Origin: Minisyncoccota bacterium
GTDB taxonomy: Bacteria > Patescibacteriota > Minisyncoccia > Phycocordibacterales > CAJQIN01
DNA: 64,000 bases
Direction of reading: 5' to 3'
Assembly (NCBI GenBank): GCA_905478465.1
Contig: CAJQIN010000002.1
Span: 88,312 to 152,311, forward strand
Both the position numbers and the translations under genes were made by a program. The notes beneath the pieces are model-generated. The model was not told where the DNA came from, did not search any database, and saw only the letters and a list, made by a program, of their open reading frames with translations. The number at the start of each line of letters is the position of its first letter. Within the stretch, counting starts at the first letter, position 1. Below are positions 9,362 through 19,374 of the stretch, piece by piece.

Positions 9362-10846
9362 ATGGACAAAAAACCCACTAATACAGCCTCTTTTGAGGTT
9401 CCTATAGAAGTTTCACGTGTAACGGCACTGCTAAAAAACGCAGGTTTTTCAGGCTATCTTGTTGGCGGATGTGTTCGCGACCTTATTCTACAGAGAGAAC
9501 CTAATGACTGGGATATCACCACAAATGCTACACCAGAGAAGATTCAGGAAATATTTCCTGACTCAGTATATGAAAACACCTTTGGTACAGTAGGGGTAAA
9601 GACTCGTTCTGAGAATCTAAAGGTGTCTATCATTGAAATAACCCCTTACCGAACAGAAAGTACCTACACAGACAACCGTCACCCTGACACTGTCTCATTT
9701 AGTACAAAACTTGAAGATGATTTACTTCGTAGAGACTTCACAATAAATGCGCTCGCATATGATGTGGAGACAGGTGAGATTATCGATCTTTATAACGGAC
9801 AAAAAGATTTAAAGGACAAAATAATTAGAACAGTAGGGGATCCTGACGAAAGATTCACTGAAGATGCGCTACGTCTACTACGTACTATTCGTTTTTCAGC
9901 ACAACTAGGCTTTAGCATCGAAGAATCTACAAAAAAATCACTTATTTCAAACGCCCACCTACTCAAAAACATCTCAGCTGAGAGAATCAGGGATGAATTT
10001 ATTAAAATCGTAGATTCTCCTGACCCAGAACAAGCTCTTAATGTTTCTTGTGAAACTGGAATACTTGAACAATTTATCCCTGAATTACCCCTAATGAAAG
10101 GAATAGATCAGGGTGGAGTTCATAAGTATGACGTATGGGAGCATCTATTAAAAAGTCTCACTCATGCCCAAAAGAAAGGGTATCCGTTACACGTGAAACT
10201 TGCAGCATTGTTCCATGATATAGGAAAACCCAAAACTCGTAGAGCTGGCGCAAAGAAGGCCTGGACCTTCTACGGACACGAGGTGATTGGGGAGAGAATG
10301 ACAAAAAGTATCCTGGAAAGACTAAAGTTTTCACGTGAAACTACAGAAACTGTTACCAAATTAGTTCGCTGGCACATGTTTTTCTCAGATACTGAGGAAA
10401 TTAGCCATACAGCAATACGAAGAATGATTCGAAATGTCGGAAAAGATCTAATCTGGGACTTAATGAATGTTCGAGTGTGTGACCGTATGGGTATGGGAAG
10501 ACCCAAAGAAGAGCCTTATAGACTTAGAAAGTACCATTCTATGATAGAAGAAGTGATGAGTGACCCTGTATCTGTCGGAATGCTCAAGATAGATGGAAAT
10601 ACCCTAATGAGTGAGTTTCATGTGAAACCGGGACCAATTATAGGAAATATACTCCACGCTCTTCTGGAACAGGTTATTGAAGATCCAACCAAAAATACAG
10701 AGGAATACCTCAAAGAACAAATACCCGCTCTTCTAAAACTTTCAGAAGAAGAACTAAAGAAACTTGGTACAGCTGGCAAAGAAACAAAAAACCAAGCAGA
10801 AGAAAAAAAAGTAAAAGGTATTCGCAAGAAACACTGGGTAGAGTAG
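9362..10846 (+). CDS. cca: CCA-adding tRNA nucleotidyltransferase with C-terminal HD domain
   Basis: Pol-beta nucleotidyltransferase head (GGCVRDLIL...DWDITT) and an HD motif (HDIGK). An in-frame start at 9290 is possible but would overlap the divergent gene. Confidence 0.85.
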   Translation: MDKKPTNTASFEVPIEVSRVTALLKNAGFSGYLVGGCVRDLILQREPNDWDITTNATPEKIQEIFPDSVYENTFGTVGVKTRSENLKVSIIEITPYRTESTYTDNRHPDTVSFSTKLEDDLLRRDFTINALAYDVETGEIIDLYNGQKDLKDKIIRTVGDPDERFTEDALRLLRTIRFSAQLGFSIEESTKKSLISNAHLLKNISAERIRDEFIKIVDSPDPEQALNVSCETGILEQFIPELPLMKGIDQGGVHKYDVWEHLLKSLTHAQKKGYPLHVKLAALFHDIGKPKTRRAGAKKAWTFYGHEVIGERMTKSILERLKFSRETTETVTKLVRWHMFFSDTEEISHTAIRRMIRNVGKDLIWDLMNVRVCDRMGMGRPKEEPYRLRKYHSMIEEVMSDPVSVGMLKIDGNTLMSEFHVKPGPIIGNILHALLEQVIEDPTKNTEEYLKEQIPALLKLSEEELKKLGTAGKETKNQAEEKKVKGIRKKHWVE

Positions 10847-10865
10847 TACCTAGCAACTTATAATA

Positions 10866-10905
10866 AATACCGTACAAACTAAACTTGTACGGTATTTATA
10901 TTTTA
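10866..10905 (+). terminator. rho-independent terminator after cca
   Basis: Perfect 11-bp stem ataccgtacaa / ttgtacggtat followed by a T-rich tail. Confidence 0.65.
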
Positions 10906-11309
10906 TAAAGAAAAATTTCCACACATCTCAACCTTTTAAAAGTTATCCACAGATTTGTCCTTTTGTTTTATCCTAAAGGACATTATAATAAATGCCAGAT
11001 ACAGATATTGTCTTTTAGAGATTCCCACTTTATTCTAAAGGACGATGATTATGTTTGTTCTTTGTTTTCTTTTATTGAATTAGCTACTCAATAGAAAATA
11101 TAAAAGTATCGGGTTTCTCTGGTTTGAATGTCAAACCACCTAAGTCTCCTGGTGTATATCCACAATATTCCTTCCTCATAACTATTTTTTGATACACACC
11201 TAATAACTTACTCTGCGGTTTGCAGACGAGAGTCCGCCCAATACATAGAACAAATCGCCTGACGTACCAAAGAACGTCTAGGCGATTTTTTATTTTCTAA
11301 AAATTATTT

Positions 11310-12080
11310 TTATATCTTAATATCAAGCTCAATAGGGCAGTGGTCTGAACCTAAAACATCTACCAATACTTTCATATCTTTTATCTTTGGCATCAAATCA
11401 GTAGAAGCAAAGAAGTAATCTATTCTCCAACCAACATTCCTGTCTCTTGCCCGTGTTTTCATATCCCAGTAGGTATACACATCTTTTATATCCGGATTTT
11501 TCACACGCCACACATCGGAGTATCCTGAACGAATAACCGCATCTATCCATTCACGTTCTATGGGCAAAAACCCAGTACTCTTCTCATTTGCTTTTGGTCG
11601 AGCAAGATCAACTGCCTCATGGGCAGTATTTACATCTCCACAAAAGACAATACTTTTGCCAGACGCTCGAAGTTCTTCGATATACAAAAGAAAAGCATCA
11701 TAAAAAGCGAGTTTGTATTTCAACCTCTCTGGTCCACCACCACCATTTGGAAAATACCCATTTAACACAACAACATCTCCAAAATGAGCCTCCAGAAGTC
11801 TCCCTTCTCCATTTAAAATATCTGCCTCAAAAACATCTTTTACAATATCTGGTTTCTTTTTTGAATAAATAGCAACACCGCTATAACCCTTTTTCTCAGT
11901 AGGCCAGGTGAGATAGCCATGATATCCCAAAGGATCAGCCACCTCAGGAGGAAGTTGTTCTGTTCGTGACTTAGTCTCTTGTAAACAAAAAACATCTGGA
12001 GAATACTCAATAAGCCAATCCCAGTTTCCTTTCCGATGAATTGCCCTAAGTCCATTTACATTCCAAGAAATAATTTTCAT
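11310..12080 (-). CDS. xth: exodeoxyribonuclease III (AP endonuclease family 1)
   Basis: MKIISWNVNGLRA N-terminus and a C-terminal SDHCP catalytic motif. Confidence 0.9.
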   Translation of the reverse strand: MKIISWNVNGLRAIHRKGNWDWLIEYSPDVFCLQETKSRTEQLPPEVADPLGYHGYLTWPTEKKGYSGVAIYSKKKPDIVKDVFEADILNGEGRLLEAHFGDVVVLNGYFPNGGGGPERLKYKLAFYDAFLLYIEELRASGKSIVFCGDVNTAHEAVDLARPKANEKSTGFLPIEREWIDAVIRSGYSDVWRVKNPDIKDVYTYWDMKTRARDRNVGWRIDYFFASTDLMPKIKDMKVLVDVLGSDHCPIELDIKI

Positions 12081-12167
12081 ATAAGATGATAATAGCACAC
12101 AGTATATTCTGACAACAAAAAATCCCGCATATGCGGGATTTTTTGTAACATAATTTTTAAACTAAAA

Positions 12168-12434
12168 TTACATTGACATATCACTACCTCCCATAGGAGC
12201 TTCCTTTGGAGCCTCACATGACTTACATGTCTTACATCCCATAAGTGACATCACTGCTGAGATACCAACAAGGACATAGACAATATTTGCAAGTACTGAC
12301 CAATTTCCTAGGATAAGATTAATAAGATCCCAATTTTGTCCCATAAAACCTCCAATACCAACAAGTCCCCAGTTAAGACCTCCAATAAGAAGAAGGGCTC
12401 CTGCGATCTTGTGTGTTGTATTACATTTTTTCAT
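12168..12434 (-). CDS. DUF378 family small membrane protein
   Basis: GGLNWGLVG motif and two TM helices typical of DUF378. Confidence 0.65.
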   Translation of the reverse strand: MKKCNTTHKIAGALLLIGGLNWGLVGIGGFMGQNWDLINLILGNWSVLANIVYVLVGISAVMSLMGCKTCKSCEAPKEAPMGGSDMSM

Positions 12435-12621
12435 AAAATAAATAACTAAAAAATACTAATAATATATAAGTGGATGTTTTTCACACCACACTCCCACTGA
12501 ATATAAGTATACACTGAATCTTATTAAAATGATGCAAGTATGTTGACAACTCTATGATAAAAAGCAAAAATGAAATTAGAATCGTATACAAAAGAAACTC
12601 ATCCTAAGGAAGGAGAAAAAG

Positions 12622-12846
12622 ATGCCTAATAAAATATGGCCAGGTGGTTTTAGAACAGGTGATTTAGCTGTTTATGGTGACAGCGCGGTCATGATTAAAG
12701 GAAAAATTCCCACAGGAATACCTTCTGATGACTCTAGTGTTCCTATTTCTGAGGCATCAAGCCCTCCGGGTGATGTAATTGTTGTTTCATCAAAAGAACT
12801 CAGCAGATGGACTCCTACTGACTCCAATACAACAATGCTTTCCTAA
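12622..12846 (+). CDS. hypothetical small protein
   Basis: Perfect Shine-Dalgarno AAGGAGG 8 nt upstream of the ATG. 74 aa with no recognised domain. Confidence 0.45.
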   Translation: MPNKIWPGGFRTGDLAVYGDSAVMIKGKIPTGIPSDDSSVPISEASSPPGDVIVVSSKELSRWTPTDSNTTMLS

Positions 12847-12967
12847 AAATACCCCACAAATCCCTAGAATACATAAGTGTTTTAGGGATTTTATATATCC
12901 AAATATGAAAAACTCTACTTGGTTACCCACACTTGCATTTTCTCTCTAATATGCTACTCTTTGATCC

Positions 12968-13234
12968 ATGTTGGCAAAAACAAAAAAGGAAAAAGTTATC
13001 AAAGAAACTCGTACACACGATGAGGACACTGGTTCTCCTGAGGTACAAGTTGCCCTTTTAAGTAACCGAATCGACGAGCTTGCGAAGCATTTGAAAAAAA
13101 ACAAGAAAGATACCCATTCGCGTCGAGGACTTCTTGGTATGGTTGCAGAGAGACGAACACATCTTGCATACCTTGCAAAGAAAGATGAGAAAAGATACAA
13201 ATCTTTGATCAAAAAACTTAATCTCAAAAAATAA
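12968..13234 (+). CDS. rpsO: 30S ribosomal protein S15
   Basis: 88 aa; canonical S15 sequence including the [12 protein letters not shown] segment. Upstream of pnp as usual. Confidence 0.95.
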   Translation: MLAKTKKEKVIKETRTHDEDTGSPEVQVALLSNRIDELAKHLKKNKKDTHSRRGLLGMVAERRTHLAYLAKKDEKRYKSLIKKLNLKK

Positions 13235-13235
13235 C

Positions 13236-13266
13236 ACAAATCCGCTATATTGCGGATTTGTTTTTA
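13236..13266 (+). terminator. rho-independent terminator after rpsO
   Basis: aaatccgc-tatat-tgcggattt hairpin followed by TTTTT. Confidence 0.7.
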
Positions 13267-13359
13267 ATACAATTTATCCTTTCGCCAACGTTTTTATTAC
13301 ATTACGTTTCTGCTTTTTATTTTTTTACACAAAGTAGTAACGTCTAAATACTCATTTTT

Positions 13360-13908
13360 ATGCCTATAATAAAGCATGCAAACCAACGAGTTGGCGTTTT
13401 CATTGATAGTGCCAACCTATATCACAGTGCCAAAAACTTATATCGACGAAAGGTAAACTTCGGAAACATCGTTAAAGATGGTGTCGGAGACAGAAAGCTC
13501 ATCCGCGCATTTTCATACGCCATCACTACAGAAGGTGGTGGGGAAGCTGACTTCTTCGAAGCCCTTGAAAAACAAGGAATAGAAACAAGAAGTAAAGATT
13601 TACAAATTTTTGCTGGTGGATCAAAAAAAGGAGACTGGGATGTCGGCATTAGTGTCGATGCTATCCGACTCTCACCAAAACTTGATACTATTATTCTTGT
13701 TTCTGGAGACGGAGACTTCGTACCCCTTATTGAATATCTTCAGTTACATGCAGGATGCCAAGTCGAGGTGATGACTTTTGGAAAATCTGCATCTGCAAAA
13801 TTGATTGAATCAGCTGATGAATTCTTCGACCTAGACAAGAATCCTCGAAAGTATCTTCTCGGAGGTCCTGCTCGGAAACAAACCACAAGAAAAGTTCCAA
13901 AGAAATAG
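13360..13908 (+). CDS. NYN/LabA-like domain protein
   Basis: RVGVFIDSANLYH N-terminus and a VSGDGDF motif, typical of the NYN/LabA (DUF88) nuclease fold. Confidence 0.65.
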   Translation: MPIIKHANQRVGVFIDSANLYHSAKNLYRRKVNFGNIVKDGVGDRKLIRAFSYAITTEGGGEADFFEALEKQGIETRSKDLQIFAGGSKKGDWDVGISVDAIRLSPKLDTIILVSGDGDFVPLIEYLQLHAGCQVEVMTFGKSASAKLIESADEFFDLDKNPRKYLLGGPARKQTTRKVPKK

Positions 13909-13925
13909 ACTTTTATTACAGTTAA

Positions 13926-13956
13926 AAAACCACCCAACATATCGGGTGGTTTTTTC
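13926..13956 (+). terminator. rho-independent terminator
   Basis: ccaccc-aacatatc-gggtgg hairpin followed by TTTTT. Confidence 0.65.
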
Positions 13957-14059
13957 ATTTCCCCCTCCGCTATGATAAAGTACACATATTATAGGTAACC
14001 GAGGTCTCCAGATAAGCAGGTCATTTTGATCTGAAATCTGTAGATCTCCTAATAAAAAT

Positions 14060-16177
14060 ATGAAATCAAAAGTATTCAAAACAACAATTGGCGGAAAAGA
14101 ACTTTCTGCTGAGTTTTCTGATTTGGTTGACCAAGCGAATGGTTCAGTAATAGTTCGCCTTGGAGACACCGCCATCCTCGCAACCGCTGTAATGTCTAAA
14201 CACGCAAATGAAGGAGCCGGTTGGTTTCCATTAACTGTAGACTATGAAGAACGTTTCTATGCAGCTGGCGCCATTCTTGGTTCTCGATTCATGCGACGAG
14301 AGGGAAGACCATCTGAAGAAGCGACACTCTCTGGACGTATTGTTGACCGAACTATTCGACCACTATTTGATCAATGGATTCGAAATGAAATACAGGTTGT
14401 CATCACAGTTCTTTCTCTTGGAGAAGACGACCCAGATACACTCAGCGTCATCGGAGCAAGTCTTGCACTTGCAACATCTGACATTCCTTGGGACGGACCA
14501 GTTGGTGCTGTACGTATTGGAAAAAATAGTGGAGACAAACTTGTAATTAATCCAAATTATGAATTCCGAAAAGATGCTGTTAATTCATTAGACCTACTTG
14601 TCTGCGGAAAAGGTGGCAAGATAAACATGATTGAAGTCGGAGCACAAGAAGTAGGGGAAGATGTTGTAGAAAAAGGACTCGCTCAAGCACTTGAAATAAT
14701 TACCTCACTTGAAAACTGGCAGAAGGAAATAGTATCCGAGATTGGAAAAGAAAAAAAGAGTTTTCCAAAACCTGAAATATCAGACGAAGCCAAAAAACTT
14801 TTTGCAGATGAGATTACCCCAAAGATGAATGAGTACGTATTCGCGGGACCTGGAAAAGAAAGTATCGGAAAAATTCATACTATGTGGCGAGATATTGTAA
14901 AAGAAAAATTTCCTGAAGAAAGAAAAGATTTAACTGATGAATATTTTGAAGAAGAAATGAATAATCTTCTACATAAAGAAGCTCTCGAGAATAATCGTCG
15001 ACCTGACGGACGAGGAATGGACGAAGTTCGCCCACTCTTTGCCAAAGCAGGAGGAATTTCTAAGCTGCTTCACGGAACCGGTACTTTCTATCGAGGAGGT
15101 ACCCATGTTCTTTCAGCGCTCACGCTTGGGGGTCCTGGAGATTCTCAGATACTTGATTCTATTGAAGAGAGAGACACCCAAAAGCGTTTCATTCACCACT
15201 ATAACTTTCCTCCATATTCAGTTGGTGAAACGGGCCGAATGGGAGGTGCGAACCGTCGAATGATCGGACACGGGGCTCTTGCTGAAAAAGCGCTCTTGGC
15301 TGTGATTCCAGACAAGGAAGCTTTCCCATATACTATTCGAATTGTTTCCGAAGCTTTAGCTTCCAACGGATCTACATCTATGGCTTCTGTCTGTGGAGGA
15401 ACTCTGGCACTGATGGACGCCGGTGTTCCCATCAAAGCACCTGTTGCCGGAATTGCATCAGGACTCATGCTCGATGGAGACAATTACAAAGTATTAACAG
15501 ATATTCAAGGACCGGAAGACCATCACGGAGATATGGACTTCAAAGTTGCTGGAACACGAGAGGGAATTACTGCTATTCAAATGGATGTAAAGGTACTCGG
15601 TGTTTCTTTACCTATACTGACCGAAGCTCTTCAAAAAGCCAAAGCTGCACGTTTCCAGATTTTAGATGTTATTGAAAAAGAAATAACTACACCAAGAGAA
15701 AATATTTCTATATACGCACCTGAGATACGTGTCACAAAAATAAATCCTGAAAAAATCGGACTTGTCATTGGAGGAGGAGGGAAAACTGTTAATGAAATCA
15801 AAGATAAGACAGAAACTGAAATTGACATTGAAGATGATGGAACAGTCTTTGTTACTGGAAAAAATGGTGGCGCAGAAAAAGCTATTGAAATTATTCTAGC
15901 CCTCACAAAAGACTGGAAAGCCGGGGAAGAAGCCGAGGGAACAGTAGTAAAAGTTGTAGAATTTGGAGCTTTTGTAAGTATCGGACAAAAAGAAGGACTG
16001 GTTCATGTTTCAGAAATTGCACCCTTCCGTGTAGAGAAAGTTTCTGACTTCCTGAAAGAAGGGGACAAGGTTCCTGTTGTGGTGAAAATGATTGATGATG
16101 CCGGACGTTTAAAACTCTCGATTAAAGACCGAAATCCTGAATTATTTAAGGATAAAGCGCCAAAGAAGCCTGAATAA
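14060..16177 (+). CDS. pnp: polynucleotide phosphorylase
   Basis: 705 aa with two RNase PH domains plus KH and S1 domains (GGGGKTVNEIKDKT; S1 region GTVVKVVEFGAFVSI). Confidence 0.95.
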   Translation: MKSKVFKTTIGGKELSAEFSDLVDQANGSVIVRLGDTAILATAVMSKHANEGAGWFPLTVDYEERFYAAGAILGSRFMRREGRPSEEATLSGRIVDRTIRPLFDQWIRNEIQVVITVLSLGEDDPDTLSVIGASLALATSDIPWDGPVGAVRIGKNSGDKLVINPNYEFRKDAVNSLDLLVCGKGGKINMIEVGAQEVGEDVVEKGLAQALEIITSLENWQKEIVSEIGKEKKSFPKPEISDEAKKLFADEITPKMNEYVFAGPGKESIGKIHTMWRDIVKEKFPEERKDLTDEYFEEEMNNLLHKEALENNRRPDGRGMDEVRPLFAKAGGISKLLHGTGTFYRGGTHVLSALTLGGPGDSQILDSIEERDTQKRFIHHYNFPPYSVGETGRMGGANRRMIGHGALAEKALLAVIPDKEAFPYTIRIVSEALASNGSTSMASVCGGTLALMDAGVPIKAPVAGIASGLMLDGDNYKVLTDIQGPEDHHGDMDFKVAGTREGITAIQMDVKVLGVSLPILTEALQKAKAARFQILDVIEKEITTPRENISIYAPEIRVTKINPEKIGLVIGGGGKTVNEIKDKTETEIDIEDDGTVFVTGKNGGAEKAIEIILALTKDWKAGEEAEGTVVKVVEFGAFVSIGQKEGLVHVSEIAPFRVEKVSDFLKEGDKVPVVVKMIDDAGRLKLSIKDRNPELFKDKAPKKPE

Positions 16178-16278
16178 ATACAAAAATTAGAACTAGATCC
16201 ATACCAACTCCCGAAGGGAGCTGGTATTGACTTCTTACCAAAGACATGTATACTATTTTACAGAAAGAGAGGTGTTTT

Positions 16279-16518
16279 ATGCCTATTAGTACCAAACTGA
16301 CAACCATGCAGTGGGAGAACTTGAAGGAAGAGTTACGAAAGGAAGAAATTACTACTGACGAAGATCCGCTAACCCGATGTCTCTTTGGGCAAAAACCCAA
16401 AGACTGGAAAGACCTTCCTGCGGCACCCAAAGAACCAACTGAGTGCAAACGCGCCCCCATGTTGGACCGCTTCGCCCCACCTTCTTTGAAAGGCGTCAAA
16501 GCACGAAGTCGTGCTTAA
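16279..16518 (+). CDS. hypothetical small protein
   Basis: 79 aa from an ATG with GAGAGG 6 nt upstream. A strong terminator (aaccgtctc/gagacggtt plus T5) follows at 16543-16572. Confidence 0.35.
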   Translation: MPISTKLTTMQWENLKEELRKEEITTDEDPLTRCLFGQKPKDWKDLPAAPKEPTECKRAPMLDRFAPPSLKGVKARSRA

Positions 16519-16637
16519 ACAAACCGTCACAGAAAGAAGACGAAAACCGTCTCCCTCTGAGACGGTTTTTCTATTTCTAAAAAATAATTAATATTACATT
16601 CTATATTCTTGAATATTCAGATGCTATACTATATGTA

Positions 16638-17513
16638 ATGAATGAAGAACAAAACACACCTCCTGTTCCTCCCGCACAAAAAGAAACTAAAAAATACATT
16701 GATAGTATTCGCCCTATTCGAACATACCACGACGATGTCGCCCAAGCAGTCGAAAAGCAACAGGAATCTCTTATTAGTATCAAAATAAAAGAACAACAAA
16801 AACAATCTGAACTAGGAACATCCCTTCCGGAAAGAAAGAAATCTAGAACAGGTATGCTATTTACAGCACTATTTCTTTTATTCCTGGGAGTTATTGTTAT
16901 TGGAGCTCTCTGGTGGAAATCTCAACCAAGAATAGAGCCAACAAAAATTATTGAAACCCTAATAATCACAGACAGCGAACTTTCTCGAGACTTCGGAACA
17001 CTAAACAAGGAAGACCTATTTTCTTTTGTGAGCCAATCTACCCTTGAAACACATCCGGAAGGGCACATTACACACCTTCAATTCACAGGAACAACCGATC
17101 GTAGTACATCTGGAGAATTTTTCTCTATTCTAAATACAAGTATGCCCTCAGCACTCCTGCGAACAATGAGTGGGGATATGCTACTTGGAACCATCTCTAT
17201 ACAAACTGAAAACATTCCATTCCTACTTATTGAAGTAGATTCTTTTGAAAATGCTTTTGCAGGCCTTCTTAAATGGGAACCTGCTATGGCCGAAGATTTC
17301 CAAGGTATTTTCACTGACAAACTAACATCAGTCCAAACAGATTTTATTGACAAAGTATCAAATAATAAAGATCTCCGCATCCTTCGTACCACAGACAATA
17401 TAGATGCCCTGGTCTACACATTCCTTGATACAAGGACTATTCTAATAACAACATCCGAAAAAGCTGTCCAAAAAATTCTTCCTGTATTTATCTCCTCAAA
17501 ACAGATTAGATAA
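16638..17513 (+). CDS. hypothetical membrane-anchored protein (one TM helix)
   Basis: 291-aa ORF with a single hydrophobic helix (MLFTALFLLFLGVIVIGALWW). No recognised domain. Confidence 0.45.
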   Translation: MNEEQNTPPVPPAQKETKKYIDSIRPIRTYHDDVAQAVEKQQESLISIKIKEQQKQSELGTSLPERKKSRTGMLFTALFLLFLGVIVIGALWWKSQPRIEPTKIIETLIITDSELSRDFGTLNKEDLFSFVSQSTLETHPEGHITHLQFTGTTDRSTSGEFFSILNTSMPSALLRTMSGDMLLGTISIQTENIPFLLIEVDSFENAFAGLLKWEPAMAEDFQGIFTDKLTSVQTDFIDKVSNNKDLRILRTTDNIDALVYTFLDTRTILITTSEKAVQKILPVFISSKQIR

Positions 17514-17579
17514 TACGACAAAAAACTTGTGGTATAATATATATATTAAAAATCATTAAAGACTCGTCAACACAGAAAA

Positions 17580-17948
17580 ATGGACAAACAAAATATTGAA
17601 TCCCTAAAAGCCCGAATCGAACAAGAACTTGTAGAAGTAATAGAAGAACTCAAGCATGTTGGACGTGTAAATCCAGATAATCCACTTGATTGGGAACCAC
17701 TTCCTGATGATGTAAGCTCTGAAGAGAGAACAGATCCTAATGAAATTGCAGACAAAATTGAAGGATTTGAAACAAATACTGCGGTTCTAAAACAACTTGA
17801 AATTCGTTTCAATGAATTAAAAGATGCTCTTACACGTATTGAAAAAGAAACATATGGTATATGTGAGATATCTGGAGAACCCATCGAAGATGATCGACTG
17901 GATGCAAACCCTGCAGCTCGTACTTGCAAAGCACACATGAATGATTAA
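17580..17948 (+). CDS. DksA/TraR-family protein (degenerate C4 zinc finger)
   Basis: Coiled-coil N-terminus and a C-terminal segment (YGICEISGEPIEDDRLDANPAARTCKAH) matching the DksA/TraR finger region with only two Cys. The terminator at 17975-18006 follows. Confidence 0.6.
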   Translation: MDKQNIESLKARIEQELVEVIEELKHVGRVNPDNPLDWEPLPDDVSSEERTDPNEIADKIEGFETNTAVLKQLEIRFNELKDALTRIEKETYGICEISGEPIEDDRLDANPAARTCKAHMND

Positions 17949-18075
17949 ATTGATCTAGTTATACTTTAAAAAATAAAAACACCCGATAATATCGGGTGTT
18001 TTTATTGAGACATTATCTAGATTCCTTCCCCTATACCACACAAATGACATAGGTGAGACAATCTACATATTATCT

Positions 18076-19035
18076 TTAATATGCAAATGGATTTGTTGCT
18101 CCTCGAACCTCGAAGTGAAGATGTGGACCTGTTGTCTTTCCAGTAAGACCAATAAACCCAACAAGATCTCCTTGTTCTACATACTGTCCAACATACACAC
18201 TATTTGTACTCATATGAGAATACAAAGTTTGTGTACCATTTCCATGTTTGATAACAACATAGTTTCCATATCCTCCATTCCAACCACCTGCTTTACTCAC
18301 AATAACTTCACCACTTGCTGAAGCGTGAATAGAAGTTCCCACGGGCGCACCGAAGTCTGCAGCATTATGCCCATGGAGTTTCTGGGTAATAACTGATCCT
18401 GGCAGGGGATTTGCAAAGTATCCATTTACAACTGGAACTTTCGTATATGAAGATCCACCTGAAGAAGGAACTGAAACAGGTGCACTATGCACCTCTCCAT
18501 TTGGAATCACTACCACATCACCAACAGCAAGAAGTGCCCCCTCAGAGAGCTCATTAAACCGAAGTATCTCATCAATATCTCCCTCATACTTTGTAGCAAT
18601 AGATTTCACTGTTTCTCCCTTTACCACAGTGTGACGAACACCGTTTATAGGCAGAATAACTAGACGTTGTCCTGGAGAGATAACGTCTTTGGTATTTATA
18701 TCATTACCCCAACGAATAGTGTTTGTAGAAACACGAAACATCTCAGCAATTTGAGAAATAGTGTCTCCTTCTTGCACAACGTAAGTACTAATCTTGTCAG
18801 AATTAAACTGCACAGGAGTAATATCAGCAGTACCACCTGAACCAACTTCTGGATACAGAGCAGAATCATCCACAATAACAATCTCGGATCCTCCAACTCC
18901 TGCATTAGCATTTGGATTTGCAGTTGCCTCTAAGATCGGCAATGTCTGACTATTATATATTTCAGCAACCATTGTCTCTGGAGGTGTACTAAAAAGACCC
19001 GTCACCGAGCCAAAAAAACCAGAAAAAAGTACCAC
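18076..19035 (-). CDS. LysM-domain M23 family metallopeptidase
   Basis: Two LysM repeats (YVVQEGDTISQIAEMF..., HTVVKGETVKSIATKY...) and an M23 catalytic region (HNAADFGAPVGTSI...LYSHMS...GPHLHFEV). Confidence 0.85.
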   Translation of the reverse strand: MVLFSGFFGSVTGLFSTPPETMVAEIYNSQTLPILEATANPNANAGVGGSEIVIVDDSALYPEVGSGGTADITPVQFNSDKISTYVVQEGDTISQIAEMFRVSTNTIRWGNDINTKDVISPGQRLVILPINGVRHTVVKGETVKSIATKYEGDIDEILRFNELSEGALLAVGDVVVIPNGEVHSAPVSVPSSGGSSYTKVPVVNGYFANPLPGSVITQKLHGHNAADFGAPVGTSIHASASGEVIVSKAGGWNGGYGNYVVIKHGNGTQTLYSHMSTNSVYVGQYVEQGDLVGFIGLTGKTTGPHLHFEVRGATNPFAY

Positions 19036-19374
19036 AGAAAAAGTAACCCTTGAAGAAAGGTTATGGGTAAAGAGATGAGATGTAACCTGAGATGGTTCTA
19101 ATTTCTTAGAACTCGGTTCAGGGTCCTGTGAATGAGATAAAATAAGCTAAATTTGATAGCAACCGTTTCAGTAATTCTGTAAAATGGCTTGTTAGAGCCC
19201 TTTTACATATCTGTCATATCAACCACTATATGCATTATACGGCCCAATAGCTCCTGGTCAATAGGGGGTGGGGATAGCAAAAAAGGTCCGAAAAAGCTTA
19301 AATTGCAAAATAAAAAAGCGCCGTTTCTACCAAATAGTAGACGTGCGCTTTATGTAAAAAATGATTATTTCTAA

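Noticed and set aside
19189-19374. 61-aa plus-strand ORF between the M23 peptidase and purM-like genes
   Set aside because: It lies in a convergent/divergent spacer with no RBS and odd composition. The region is more likely promoter and terminator space.
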